DNA of 64,000 bases. Origin: an uncultured archaeon (lineage in GTDB: Archaea > Thermoproteota > Bathyarchaeia > Bathyarchaeales > Bathycorpusculaceae). Position numbers and translations under genes: made by a program. The notes under the pieces were generated by a model, which saw only the letters and a list, made by a program, of their open reading frames with translations, ran no database searches and had not been told where the DNA came from. The DNA is taken from positions 1 through 64,000 of the forward strand of contig CAWENF010000019.1 of the NCBI GenBank assembly GCA_963810275.1. Direction: 5' to 3'. Of this stretch, positions 21,441 to 31,657 are shown piece after piece. The stretch's first letter is position 1. Every line of letters starts with the position of its first letter.

Positions 21441-21716
21441 AAAGAAAAGTAGCGTTATCCACGTGGCTGAGGAAAAGTTGCTTTCTGGTGTGATTGCCGT
21501 TCTGGGTCTAATTAAGCTCTTCATCATCCAGAGTGCATAAACGTTCTCAGCTGTTTAGGAAGCCGTTGGTTTCTCTACTCGTGACTTGACTAAAATCATA
21601 GGTAACCGGACCACAATCCAAAAACAAGGAGAATACAAATAATCTTTTTAGAGAAAACTTAAATTAATTATTTCAGCGGTTATTCTACCAATCACATGTG
21701 GAAGGTTATACAGTTT

Positions 21717-22727
21717 ATGGCAGCACCCCAAGAAGTCATGTGGGTCGAGAAGTACCGCCCCAAAACACTCGAAGATGTCGTTGGCTTAAAAGACATCGTG
21801 GAAAACCTGAAGGCTTTCCTGAAAAACCCAAAATCCATGCCGCACCTTATGTTTGCAGGAGTACCTGGCACCGGAAAAACCACGTTGGCACTCGTCATCG
21901 CCCGCAAACTGTATGGCGAAAACTGGCGAAACTTCACCCTTGAACTCAATGCCTCGGATGAGCGCGGCATCGACACCGTTCGCGACCGCATTAAGGACTT
22001 TAGCCGCTACAGTCGCACTGGGTTTGGTGGTGACATACCCTTCGCACTTATCATACTTGACGAATGCGATCAGATGACAGGCCCCGCACAAACCGCCTTA
22101 CGTCGCATTATGGAGGTCGGGAGTCGCACTAGCCGCTTCATTCTCATCTGTAACCAGTCAAGCAAAATTATTGAGCCAATTCAAAGCCGCTGCGCCATCT
22201 TCCGCTTTTCTCGGGTAGAACGTCAAGCTATGAAGCAACATTTAATTGACATAGCCAAAAACGAGAATTACATGCTAACTCCCGAAGCTGCAGATCGCAT
22301 CGTGGACTTCTCTGAAGGTGATCTCCGCCATGCAATAAACGCCTTGCAAACCGCCTCCGCCTACAAAGAAGGCGTCATAGACGACAAAACCGTCGCATTG
22401 GTCATTGGCGAAGCCAGCCCTATGTTGGTGCAGAAGATGATTCGCAAAGCACTCTACGGCGACTTTATGGAAGCGCGCAAAACCATGTACGACATCATGG
22501 GCAGCTTCGGCTTTAGCGGCACCGAAATCATCCGGCAAATACAGCGGGAAATCTTTAAAATGTCTGATTTAAAGCCGGAGCAGAAAGCAGACATCTCCCA
22601 AGTCATAGGCGAATATGATTTTCGCCTAACCGAGGGCGCAAACAGCGACATCCAGCTCAGTGCGTTACTTGCTCAGTTCGGAAAATTTGGTAAAGTAATT
22701 GAGGAAAGCTATGCAGAAGCAGAATGA
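21717..22727 (+). CDS. rfcS: Replication factor C small subunit
   Basis: WVEKYRP, GVPGTGKT, ELNASDERGID, LDECD, PIQSRC; no intein. Confidence 0.96.
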   Translation: MAAPQEVMWVEKYRPKTLEDVVGLKDIVENLKAFLKNPKSMPHLMFAGVPGTGKTTLALVIARKLYGENWRNFTLELNASDERGIDTVRDRIKDFSRYSRTGFGGDIPFALIILDECDQMTGPAQTALRRIMEVGSRTSRFILICNQSSKIIEPIQSRCAIFRFSRVERQAMKQHLIDIAKNENYMLTPEAADRIVDFSEGDLRHAINALQTASAYKEGVIDDKTVALVIGEASPMLVQKMIRKALYGDFMEARKTMYDIMGSFGFSGTEIIRQIQREIFKMSDLKPEQKADISQVIGEYDFRLTEGANSDIQLSALLAQFGKFGKVIEESYAEAE

Positions 22728-23955
22728 GCCGTTGCTGTGGGTTGAGAAATACAGACCCAGAAAAAGTGAGGATGTAGTGGGCAACGATGAAGCCAAAACT
22801 ATGTTTTTACAGTGGCTAAAAAACAAACGTCACAACAAAAAAGCAGTATTGCTGTATGGTCCACCAGGTGTGGGTAAAACCACGTTGGTGATGGCGGCTG
22901 CAAGGGAGTCTGGTTTTAGCGTTATTGAAATGAATGCCAGCGATACTCGTAGTGAAAAAGCAATAAATGCTGTAGCTAAACCCGCAACGTCTTACACGTC
23001 ACTTGACAACTTTTCGGGCTCAGGAAAACGCGGCGGCAACGTGCTATTCCTTGACGAGGTGGACGGCATCGCAGGTAACGAGGACCGAGGCGGCGTCAAC
23101 GCCATCATCAAAATCGTTGAGGAATCACTTGTGCCCGTGATTATGGCGGCTAATGACCCTGATGTGGATAAGCTACGTCCGCTTAAAAAAGTGTGTCTGC
23201 TTGTGCGTTTCCAAGAGGTGCGTATTCCCCTGATTATCGCGTTGCTACAGAAAATCTGCCTTCTGGAACGTGTGAAAGCAGAGTTTGAAGCGCTGGAACG
23301 CATTGCTGTGAACTGCAAGGGCGACGTGCGCTCCGCCATCAACGACTTGCAGAGTTTGAGTGAAGAAAACCACAGCTTAACCTTGGCGGACACAGTGCTG
23401 CTTAGCAGCCGTAACAAAGACATATCCATGGAAGACACCTTGCGGAGGTTCTTTTCAACCCAATCCATAGCAGACACATCGCGTTTGCTTAGTTACTCAA
23501 ACGTGGACTACGATGACTTCTTGCTTTCCGTCGCTGATAACCTGCCCCTACGTTACATTGACGCCTCCGAGCTGGCAAAAGCCTTTGACTATGTTTCCCG
23601 GGCAGATATTTTCCGGGGCAGAATCGGCACTGAACACTGGCATCTACTAAAGTATTTCTTCAACAGTCTTTCCGAAGCTTCAGCCGTTAACCCCACCAGC
23701 TATAAGCCGTTCATCTTCATCACGCCGCCGATACGCATTATAACTCTGTTTTGGACCAAAAGCAAACGCAACACCCTAAAGGGAATATGCCAAAAAATCG
23801 GCGCAAAATGCCACGTCTCCGTAGCGACCACAAGAGAAGCATACATACCATACATCAAAGGGATTTTGACAAAGAATCGTACGCATCCGTTGGTGGCATA
23901 CTTCAAGTTCACCCCCGAAGAGGTGGATTTCTTGATTAAAATAGGAAGGTATTAG
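22711..23955 (+). CDS. rfcL: Replication factor C large subunit
   Basis: WVEKYRP, GPPGVGKT, EMNASDTR, LDEVDG, GDVRSAINDLQ. Confidence 0.94.
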   Translation: MQKQNEPLLWVEKYRPRKSEDVVGNDEAKTMFLQWLKNKRHNKKAVLLYGPPGVGKTTLVMAAARESGFSVIEMNASDTRSEKAINAVAKPATSYTSLDNFSGSGKRGGNVLFLDEVDGIAGNEDRGGVNAIIKIVEESLVPVIMAANDPDVDKLRPLKKVCLLVRFQEVRIPLIIALLQKICLLERVKAEFEALERIAVNCKGDVRSAINDLQSLSEENHSLTLADTVLLSSRNKDISMEDTLRRFFSTQSIADTSRLLSYSNVDYDDFLLSVADNLPLRYIDASELAKAFDYVSRADIFRGRIGTEHWHLLKYFFNSLSEASAVNPTSYKPFIFITPPIRIITLFWTKSKRNTLKGICQKIGAKCHVSVATTREAYIPYIKGILTKNRTHPLVAYFKFTPEEVDFLIKIGRY

Positions 23956-23957
23956 GA

Positions 23958-24296
23958 ATGACGATTATTTTGAACAGTAAAGGGTTTAGATTACCTCGGA
24001 TGGATCGGGAAAAATTTGTTAATCTCATGCACTTGGGGTTGGCTTACGACCGCAACACACAGCTTTTCTCGTTTGAAAATTATGACAACACTGAAAAAGT
24101 CATCGACGCCGTATCGGACATTTTACGTGATGAAGTAGTTTTTCAGCAGCAATGCGTGCGGTGCGGCAAAAACTTCTCTTGCCGAGGGTGCAACTATTTT
24201 GACGCCTGCACCAGCAAAAACATGCCGTTTAGCTGCGTGTGTCCCGAGTGCCTGCGGGACAGAAAAAACTTTGAAGACTATCTCACAAAATTTTAA
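23958..24296 (+). CDS. Hypothetical protein with an 8-Cys C-terminal domain
   Basis: CVRC-x5-CRGC-x5-C-x8-CVCPEC; 2 bp after the rfcL stop. Confidence 0.75.
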   Translation: MTIILNSKGFRLPRMDREKFVNLMHLGLAYDRNTQLFSFENYDNTEKVIDAVSDILRDEVVFQQQCVRCGKNFSCRGCNYFDACTSKNMPFSCVCPECLRDRKNFEDYLTKF

Positions 24297-24363
24297 CGCA
24301 CAAATTATGGCAAGTCTTATCTAGCCAAAACCAATTATCTTTGAGTCAAGCAAGGTCTTCTTT

Positions 24364-25611
24364 ATGGCTGAACAAACACCTCTATCCGTAGCGTTAGCAC
24401 AGCTCGAGTTAGCATCAGAGAAACTCCGTTTAGACAGCAGCTTAACCAAGATGATGAGTCATCCTAAACGAACTATATCGGTAAGCATGGATATTCGCCT
24501 TGACGACGGCAGCATAGGCGTTTTTTGCGGCATTCGTGTCCAGCACTGGGACGCACTAGGTCCCTTTAAAGGTGGAATACGCTACATGCCAAACGTATCT
24601 CCCGAAGAGGTCACTGCATTAGCGATGCTTATGACCTGGAAATGCGCCATCGCAGACATTCCGTTTGGCGGTGCCAAAGGCGGCGTATGCGTGGACTCTA
24701 AAAAACTCAGTCAACACGAACTCGAACGGCTCACACGCCGCTACATCAGCCTTATGTATGAGTACATTGGACCCCAACGCGATATACCTGCGCCCGACAT
24801 GTACACTGACCAGCAGACAATGGCTTGGATAATGGACACTTACAGCCAACTCAAAGGTTACCGCGTCCCTGAATCCGTCACAGGCAAACCCGTAGAAATC
24901 GGTGGTTCATGGGGGAGAACCGAGGCGACAGGCAGAGGCGTTGTGCATTGTGTCAAGCAAGCTGCTCAGAGCAAGGGCTTGAAACTGGGCGGCGCATCGG
25001 TTGTGGTTCAGGGTTTTGGCAACGTCGGCTATCATGTAGCGGTTGCGGCGCAAGAGTTAGGCTGCAAGGTGGTTGCGGTCAGCGACTCTACAGGCGGAAT
25101 CTACTGCCCCGACGGCTTAAACGTGCCGTCCGTTCTGGCACATAAAGAAGAAACCCAGTCCGTTCAGGGCTACGGCGACTGCAAAGAAATCTCAAATGAG
25201 GAGCTTCTGGAACTCGAATGCGATGTCCTAATCCCCGCTGCTTTGGAGAATCGGATAACCGACAAAAACGCGGACCACATTCATGCGGGTATGATTGCGG
25301 AAGCCGCCAACGGACCGACCACACCTGAAGCTGACAGAATTCTCTACGAGAAAGAAATCTGCTTAATCCCTGACATCCTTGCTAATAGCGGAGGCGTAAC
25401 CGTCAGTTACTACGAGTGGGTGCAGAATCTAACGCGGGAACAGTGGTCTCTTAGGACGGTTAATCAGAAGTTGGAGGAGAAAATGACTAAAGCGTTTAAC
25501 GATGTGGAAACAGTTGTGCTGCGAGAAGAAAGCGACATGCGCACAGGCGCCCTTATGCTGGGTGTGGGCAGAGTTGCGAATGCAATTAAGATGCTGGGGT
25601 TATGGCCTTAA
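24364..25611 (+). CDS. gdhA: Glutamate dehydrogenase (Glu/Leu/Phe/Val family)
   Basis: GPFKGGIR, GGAKGG, DIPAPD, VTGKP, QGFGNVG, EAANGP, NSGGVTVSY. Confidence 0.93.
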   Translation: MAEQTPLSVALAQLELASEKLRLDSSLTKMMSHPKRTISVSMDIRLDDGSIGVFCGIRVQHWDALGPFKGGIRYMPNVSPEEVTALAMLMTWKCAIADIPFGGAKGGVCVDSKKLSQHELERLTRRYISLMYEYIGPQRDIPAPDMYTDQQTMAWIMDTYSQLKGYRVPESVTGKPVEIGGSWGRTEATGRGVVHCVKQAAQSKGLKLGGASVVVQGFGNVGYHVAVAAQELGCKVVAVSDSTGGIYCPDGLNVPSVLAHKEETQSVQGYGDCKEISNEELLELECDVLIPAALENRITDKNADHIHAGMIAEAANGPTTPEADRILYEKEICLIPDILANSGGVTVSYYEWVQNLTREQWSLRTVNQKLEEKMTKAFNDVETVVLREESDMRTGALMLGVGRVANAIKMLGLWP

Positions 25612-25860
25612 AAAAGGGGGGCACCATTTCAGGTTTGGCTTCATTGATGTATTCGACTGCAATCTGGTTGTAGACGCGAGGTGGTTCTCTTTCAGTCTTT
25701 TTACGAGTTTCCTTAAATCAGCGTCTTTGTCAACGACCATTTGATTTAAGACGGCAATCCATTGGTCGCTGTGACTTTTTTGCAGTATTTTTTGGTTGTC
25801 GACTATCCATCGGTTGTTGATTTTGAAGGCGTGGGCGTTGTCAACTGGGGATTCAGTCAT
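25600..25860 (-). CDS. Small DUF5678-like protein; C-terminus probably frameshifted
   Basis: NNRWI..N...LQK.HSDQWIAV...VVDKDADL; alternative frame gives VYNQIAVEYINE. Confidence 0.55.
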   Translation of the reverse strand: MTESPVDNAHAFKINNRWIVDNQKILQKSHSDQWIAVLNQMVVDKDADLRKLVKRLKENHLASTTRLQSNTSMKPNLKWCPPFLRP

Positions 25861-26081
25861 TAGTCATCAATAAAACTATAGCGGGACGCCTAAAACAGTT
25901 TTCTAAACTGTTGTCCATCGTAAAAATGAGAAAAATAGGCTAAAAAACAGCAAAAAAACCACTTCTCTTCTTACTCAATGATAAAGTATCGGACACCTTT
26001 TTGGCAAAAACGCTTAAAGGTAAAGGTTAAGTATCTGTTGAATCCCCAAAGTGACTTAGGGACTGGAGAGGGATAACAGCG

Positions 26082-26648
26082 TTGGCGGCAAACAAAATCT
26101 GCACATTAGACTTCTGCTACGAGAATTCTATGGTTAAAATCGTAGCTAACCGCAACTGTCCCGAAATCAAACTTGCAGGCTTAACTGTTGGTCCCTTCGA
26201 CGAAGGCAACGAATACGAAGTCTACTTCTGGGTAGCCAAAGAACTCGCCAAAGCTGCGTACGTGCATTTCCGAGAAGACGACATGCTTGACGGCACCCAA
26301 CTCAATCGAGCCCAGTGGAAGGAAGCAAGCGGCATACCTGGACAAATCAGCGTGCTATCAGGTGAGTTTTACCCAAAAGTCCGCAGGTACCTATCTGAAC
26401 TAAAAGACCAAGCCACCCAAAGCCAGATGTCCGAGAAATTTCAAGAATACGATCGCGCCAAACATGTAGCCCGCGATATCGTCAATTTACGCCTAAAAAA
26501 AATCGTTGCCCTCGCAGCAGGACCCGGACAAAGCGAGCAAGTATTAAACAAATTAACTAAAGAAGAAAAAATAGTCTATAAACAACTAGTAAAAATTATC
26601 TCGAAATGGAAAGCCCAAATTTTGGAAAACGGAGTTGACCGGCAATGA
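26082..26648 (+). CDS. GINS subunit (Gins23 type)
   Basis: N-terminal beta B-domain (GPFDEGNEYEVYFWVAKEL), helical A-domain (RLKKIVALA...LTKEEK); overlaps the mcm start. Confidence 0.8.
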   Translation: MAANKICTLDFCYENSMVKIVANRNCPEIKLAGLTVGPFDEGNEYEVYFWVAKELAKAAYVHFREDDMLDGTQLNRAQWKEASGIPGQISVLSGEFYPKVRRYLSELKDQATQSQMSEKFQEYDRAKHVARDIVNLRLKKIVALAAGPGQSEQVLNKLTKEEKIVYKQLVKIISKWKAQILENGVDRQ

Positions 26649-28675
26649 CTTTGGAAGCCATGGACCCCCAACAACGTTTTCAAGAGTTCTTTAAAAAAGA
26701 GAAGTACCGAGAAAGAATTGCTCAGTTAGCTATCAGCGGAAAAGGCTCTCTAACTATCGATTTTGAGGAACTTTACAACTTTGACCAGATGCTTGCAGAG
26801 TTAGTTCTAGCTAAACCTGAAGAGTACTTGAAGTATGCTGGTAAAGGCGCCCATGACCAGCTGAAAATTGAGGATTCTGAGTACGCGGAGAAACTTGAAA
26901 AAATCATTGTCCGTGTCGTTAAGCTGCTTGGTAAAGAGCAGCTGCGTAGATTGGGCGCAAGAAACATGAGCAAGCTTGTTATGGTTGAAGGCATCGTTGT
27001 GCGTGCTACGCCGGTTCGTCCGATGGTGCAAATTGGGGCCTTTAAATGCAAACGCTGCGGTACCATGAATTATATTGAGCAGACGGGGCAGTTCCTTAAA
27101 GCGCCTGGAGTGTGTTTGGCGCCTGACTGTGGCAGAGACGGACCGTTTGAGTTCAGCCAAGAAGACTCCAACTTTATCGACTCCCAAGACCTGAGGCTGC
27201 AGGAAAAACCCGAAGATTTACCGCCTGGTCAGTTGCCCCGTGTTTTGGCAGTTAAGCTAATCGGAGACGAAATCGTGGACTTAGCCAGACCCGGCGACCA
27301 CGTTTCAATCGTAGGAATCGTTAGGGCGTTTGCACCTTCGCTTATGGGTATGGGCAAACTCCGCACTTTCATCCTCCAACTAGACGCCAACTCCGTCGAG
27401 CTTCTCGGCAAGGAACCTGAGAGTTCACCACCTTCACCTGAGGAAGAAGCAAAAATAATCGAACTTGCTAAGGATCCAAAGGTACACAACAAAATCATGT
27501 CCGCAATTGCACCCTCGATTTTTGGTAACGCTCACCTAAAAGAGGCGGTTATGTATCTGCTATTTGGAGGGGTTTCCAGAAGTCTCCCAGATGTTAACAT
27601 CAGAGGAGAAATGAACGCACTCATCATAGGTGACCCAGGCACAGCGAAATCGCAGTTGCTTCAGTATGTTTCGCGTATTGCGCCCCGAGGGCTCTACACA
27701 TCAGGTAGAGGAACCACCGCTGCGGGATTAACTGCTGCCGTGGTGCGAGAGAAGGGTGGAAGTATGAGTCTCGAAGCGGGTGCGCTTGTGTTAGCGGATA
27801 AGGGGATTGCATGCATTGACGAAATGGACAAAATGCGTCCCGAAGATCGCGTAGCCATCCACGAAGCTATGGAGCAACACACTGTCTCCGTTGCCAAAGG
27901 AGGTATCGTCGCCACGCTTAATGCTCGCACCGCGGTCCTGGCAGCCGCCAACCCTTCACTGGGCCGCTATGAACCCAACCGCACCGTAGCAGAGAACATC
28001 TCACTACCAGTTACGATCCTATCGCGTTTTGACCTCATCTTCGTGCTCCGAGACGTGCCTAACAAGGAAGCAGATGGCAAAATGTCACGCCATATCCTAG
28101 AAATGCACCGCCGTGGCTTAAGCCCAGTAGAAGGCCAAGTGGATGCAGAGTTGCTACGCAAGTACGTGAGCTACGCCAAAACCGTTAAGCCAGAACTCAG
28201 CGAAGAGGCATTGAATCGACTTAGCGATTTCTATTTGGCTATGCGTTCAGCCAGTGAAACCGAAGGTTCCCCAGTAGCCATCACTGCCCGCCAGTTGGAG
28301 TCGCTCGTGCGTATTTCTGAAGCCCGCGCTCGCGTTGCGTTGCGGCCGACTGTTACGCATGAAGATGCTGAAGCAGCTATATCAATTATGAAGCGATCTT
28401 TGGAGGAAGTGGGCATTGATTTGTCCAGCTATAAAGTGGACATTGACTTAATAATGACTGGACGTCCTAAGAGCATCCGCGACCGTCTCGGAGTCGTGAT
28501 CTCAACAATTTTGGATATGGAGAAGACTACGGGTATCGTGGAGAAAGATGCTTTGGTGAATGAATTGGAGACTAAGCACAAGATTCCACGTGGAGAGACT
28601 GAGCGGATGATTAGTCAGTTACTACGGGAAGGCACTATTTATGAACCTCGTGAAGGCTCATTGAAGAAAACTTAA
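26645..28675 (+). CDS. mcm: MCM replicative helicase
   Basis: Zn finger, GDPGTAKSQ, IDEMDKM, ILSRFD, ITARQLE, winged-helix C-terminus; no intein. Confidence 0.97.
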   Translation: MTLEAMDPQQRFQEFFKKEKYRERIAQLAISGKGSLTIDFEELYNFDQMLAELVLAKPEEYLKYAGKGAHDQLKIEDSEYAEKLEKIIVRVVKLLGKEQLRRLGARNMSKLVMVEGIVVRATPVRPMVQIGAFKCKRCGTMNYIEQTGQFLKAPGVCLAPDCGRDGPFEFSQEDSNFIDSQDLRLQEKPEDLPPGQLPRVLAVKLIGDEIVDLARPGDHVSIVGIVRAFAPSLMGMGKLRTFILQLDANSVELLGKEPESSPPSPEEEAKIIELAKDPKVHNKIMSAIAPSIFGNAHLKEAVMYLLFGGVSRSLPDVNIRGEMNALIIGDPGTAKSQLLQYVSRIAPRGLYTSGRGTTAAGLTAAVVREKGGSMSLEAGALVLADKGIACIDEMDKMRPEDRVAIHEAMEQHTVSVAKGGIVATLNARTAVLAAANPSLGRYEPNRTVAENISLPVTILSRFDLIFVLRDVPNKEADGKMSRHILEMHRRGLSPVEGQVDAELLRKYVSYAKTVKPELSEEALNRLSDFYLAMRSASETEGSPVAITARQLESLVRISEARARVALRPTVTHEDAEAAISIMKRSLEEVGIDLSSYKVDIDLIMTGRPKSIRDRLGVVISTILDMEKTTGIVEKDALVNELETKHKIPRGETERMISQLLREGTIYEPREGSLKKT

Positions 28676-28766
28676 AACGTTGTAGCTCAAAACAACCTCT
28701 TTTTTCCTTTTGAAAGCTACCGCTGGCTTTGTTGAGAAAAACATTGAAAAAATGAAAGGGAAGAGT

Positions 28767-29537
28767 TTAGGAGATATAGGTAGTTTTCTTGTCTTCTTGC
28801 TTCTTGTTCTCTTCAGCGTCCAACGCCCGTTTGGCTTCGATTTGCTGAAGCTTGGTCACCATTGTCTCTGCCTTAGAGATTTCGTCGTCTAAGCCTTTGA
28901 GGTCTAAGTCAAAGTTAAACGTGCCTTTAAGTACCTCTAAAACGCTTTTTGCAGACGTAGGATCCGGAAGGTACCCTCGGGTTTCACCCAGCAGACAGAG
29001 AGCCTCCATTTTCTTGAACTTTGACAATCCGAGGATTAAGCCTGCGGTACCGACGATGGGGCTGCCTGACGTCGACAATGTTGCACCCGCCTCCATCGCT
29101 TTATGGAGCACTGTTTGGTCGGTTGCTGCGATGTAGACTTTGGGTTTCTCTTGGGGTTCGATGCGGTAGCCACCTATGGTTGCGATGGTCTTCACGCCGT
29201 ACTTCTCAGAAAAATCGAGCATACAGTCGGCGATTTCGTATTGCCCCTCAATGGTTTGAGATTGACTGTCGCCAGTGAAGAGCAAGATGTCGTTGCCGTT
29301 TGGGTTCTCATAGTGGTAAAAGGTGCCTCGCAGAAGGCGGACGTTGCCTTTCTTGTTTACAAGCACAAAGTATGGAAAGTGCGGACTGTAGAGGTAGGCG
29401 ATTTTTTTGGGTTTTAGCTGTTTTATGAGGTATCGTAGTGCAATTTTGCCCACCAATCCCAAGCCAGGTAAGCCTTCGATGAGGACGGGGTTGTTGGGGT
29501 GGAATTCGTGGATTTCTTTAATGTATGTTTCCTTCAT
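28767..29537 (-). CDS. PAC2 family proteasome assembly chaperone
   Basis: LIEGLPGLGLVGKIA, FTGDSQ, TIGGY, GETRGYLPDP; usual position after nop10. Confidence 0.9.
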   Translation of the reverse strand: MKETYIKEIHEFHPNNPVLIEGLPGLGLVGKIALRYLIKQLKPKKIAYLYSPHFPYFVLVNKKGNVRLLRGTFYHYENPNGNDILLFTGDSQSQTIEGQYEIADCMLDFSEKYGVKTIATIGGYRIEPQEKPKVYIAATDQTVLHKAMEAGATLSTSGSPIVGTAGLILGLSKFKKMEALCLLGETRGYLPDPTSAKSVLEVLKGTFNFDLDLKGLDDEISKAETMVTKLQQIEAKRALDAEENKKQEDKKTTYIS

Positions 29538-29704
29538 TGGTTTTCTTGGCTCCTTTTCCCCGCCATACGGTACTTGAGGTACTTGTCGTCTGGCGAGAAC
29601 TTTGCGGGATGCGGGATTTTAACGGGGCCTCCACATCTGGGGCATGTTTGCTTGTTTAAGGTGTATGAGTTGCAGTTTGCACATTTCCGAAGTTGATAAA
29701 CCAA
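29534..29704 (-). CDS. nop10: H/ACA RNP protein Nop10 (not in the ORF track)
   Basis: Manual translation LRKCANCNSYTLNKQTCPRCGG...PHPAKFSPDDKYLKYR. Confidence 0.93.
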   Translation of the reverse strand: MVYQLRKCANCNSYTLNKQTCPRCGGPVKIPHPAKFSPDDKYLKYRMAGKRSQENQ

Positions 29705-30490
29705 CTATTTTTCCCTTCTAAAACTGCCTTGCCCGCCGCTTTTGATGACGTAATTAACGATATTATCGCTGGTTTTCTGCATCGCGTCTTCGGCACGTTT
29801 ATAGTTTTCCGCCTGTACTTCAAGTTGATATTTTGGGGCGGCGGCGACATAAAACGTGACTTTAGCGTCTTTTATTTTTTCACTTTTGGCTTTGCGGAAG
29901 GCATCTTTAATGACTTTTACGCCGTTTGGGTTGGGAACTTTGATATATAGCTCACCATGGACTTTAACCATTTTGACGTGTATGCGTTCCTCTGCAACTT
30001 CTGTGAATGCTTCAGCGATACTTTGAGGCACGCCTATGTCGGTTAATGCTTCTACGCCTTCTACTGCTGCTTTCTCAAAAGCTTCGTATAGGTCATATTG
30101 CTCCTCGATTTTAGCTCCGGCTTGCGAGTAGACTTCATCGGGTGTAAGCGCCAATTTTTCGGCGACTTCTCGGAGGAGTGCTTCCGATTTGCGTTCTTTT
30201 TTCCAAATCATTACTTTCTCAATGCGTTCGCGTTTGGTAACGCGGCGCAGTGAGAGGTCAACGTGTCCTTTGTCGGGGTTTACGCGTAGAACTTTGAGAA
30301 CGACTTTTTGGCCTTCGCGGACGAAATCGCGGATGTTTCGTATCCATGAAGAAGAAATTTCGGAGACGTGAAGTAATCCACGTTTGTCGTATTCATCTAG
30401 CTTTGCGTATGCGCCGTAGTCAGTAACAGTTTCGATGGTAGCGATGACGAGGTCGCCTACTTCAGGCCACTGCGGCTTACGCTCAGCCAT
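29705..30490 (-). CDS. eif2a: Translation initiation factor 2 alpha subunit
   Basis: WPEVGDLVIAT, LDEY, HVSEISSSWIRNIRD, DLSLRRV. Confidence 0.96.
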   Translation of the reverse strand: MAERKPQWPEVGDLVIATIETVTDYGAYAKLDEYDKRGLLHVSEISSSWIRNIRDFVREGQKVVLKVLRVNPDKGHVDLSLRRVTKRERIEKVMIWKKERKSEALLREVAEKLALTPDEVYSQAGAKIEEQYDLYEAFEKAAVEGVEALTDIGVPQSIAEAFTEVAEERIHVKMVKVHGELYIKVPNPNGVKVIKDAFRKAKSEKIKDAKVTFYVAAAPKYQLEVQAENYKRAEDAMQKTSDNIVNYVIKSGGQGSFRREK

Positions 30491-30503
30491 TTTTAAAGAC
30501 TCC

Positions 30504-30701
30504 TTACTCGAGGACGGTTAAGACTTCGCCGTTGATTTTCGCTCTTCCGCCAGTGGGTTCCGCCAAGAGTTCGCCGCACACGTTACAGTTGATTTTGTTA
30601 ACTGTATTGCTAAAAATTAGCTGTTCGTTGCCGCATTTGGGGCACCTCACGCGTAGGAATACGCTGCGGGGTTTTGGGATGAGTTTATTCCATTCAGACA
30701 T
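30504..30701 (-). CDS. rps27e: 30S ribosomal protein S27e
   Basis: PKPRSVFLRVRCPKCGNEQ...CNVCG..LAEPTGGRA. Confidence 0.96.
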   Translation of the reverse strand: MSEWNKLIPKPRSVFLRVRCPKCGNEQLIFSNTVNKINCNVCGELLAEPTGGRAKINGEVLTVLE

Positions 30702-30721
30702 AGTTTTTTCTCCTGTTAGAT

Positions 30722-31006
30722 TTAGACAAACGCCACTTTTCTTAGGCGGATACCATCTTTGTGGTACATGTAGCTGCATTTCTTGCATTTCAAACGCAGG
30801 GTCTGCTTCTTGGTGGTTTTGGCGAAAGTGTGCTGCAGGGGGTATTTTTGTCCGCCGTAGCCGATTTTTTCGCGTGCATGGGCCCGTTCGCCTGCTGCGA
30901 GGGCTCTGCGTTTACCTGCCTTGTAGAGGCTGACTGCATGCGCTGTGTGCGTTTTGCATTTTGGACAGTAAGTGTTGATTTCTTTGGGAACGTTCACGTT
31001 ATTCAC
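30722..31006 (-). CDS. rpl44e: 50S ribosomal protein L44e
   Basis: TYCPKCKTHT.H, GYGGQK.P, KTTKK..LRLKCKKC. Confidence 0.96.
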   Translation of the reverse strand: MNNVNVPKEINTYCPKCKTHTAHAVSLYKAGKRRALAAGERAHAREKIGYGGQKYPLQHTFAKTTKKQTLRLKCKKCSYMYHKDGIRLRKVAFV

Positions 31007-31657
31007 TACCAGCTTCCCAATAAGGAAACAAGCTTATTGATATACTTTATGACATATAAACAAAAAAGAGTATTCTTTTGCCGTATGTAGAAGTCAAAGC
31101 ACACAATTTTGAAATGCTGTCATTACCCTATAAATTTCAACAATTCGGCAATCAAGACACCTAAACCTGACAAAGTAAGAACATCAATCAGTTTAGGAGA
31201 AGGGTGTTTACTTCTTGAATTTACACCATTTATACGCTATGTAGTTTCATTTATTGTCAATAGTCAAAGATCAGGAATTGATATCTAATTAGCAAATGTT
31301 CTACATTTTTACTTAAGACAAATAAGAAAGCTGTCTTAATGGTTGATTCAGCTGTTTTATGTGGGCAGAATCGCTTATACGTTTTTTTGCGCTACTTTCT
31401 GTTGGCGAACAGAAGCCGATCTGAATAAAACCAAGATATCGCCCGGCAGCACATTGAGCATTATAATGATTGGTTTAATGATAGATGGATTCAAAAGCAC
31501 CTCAAACATGGCGCAATAACCACAACATGCCAATCAAACATGGTTATGAAGACAAAAACTCGCCTGCCACAACCAAGTCAAAACCCAAAAAGCTACAAAA
31601 ACATAAATAGTCTCGAAAAATAGGAGCTTCCACAACAAAAAACAAAAAAGTTCTAGA

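Noticed and set aside
25861-26081. AT-rich gap before gins-mcm as a replication origin
   Set aside because: No repeated ORB-like boxes and no cdc6/orc1 gene; consistent with divergent promoters
26072-26083. GATAACAGCGTT, identical to part of the metY operator
   Set aside because: The right half-site is broken (GTTGG), it overlaps the gins start codon, and there is no functional link; probably chance
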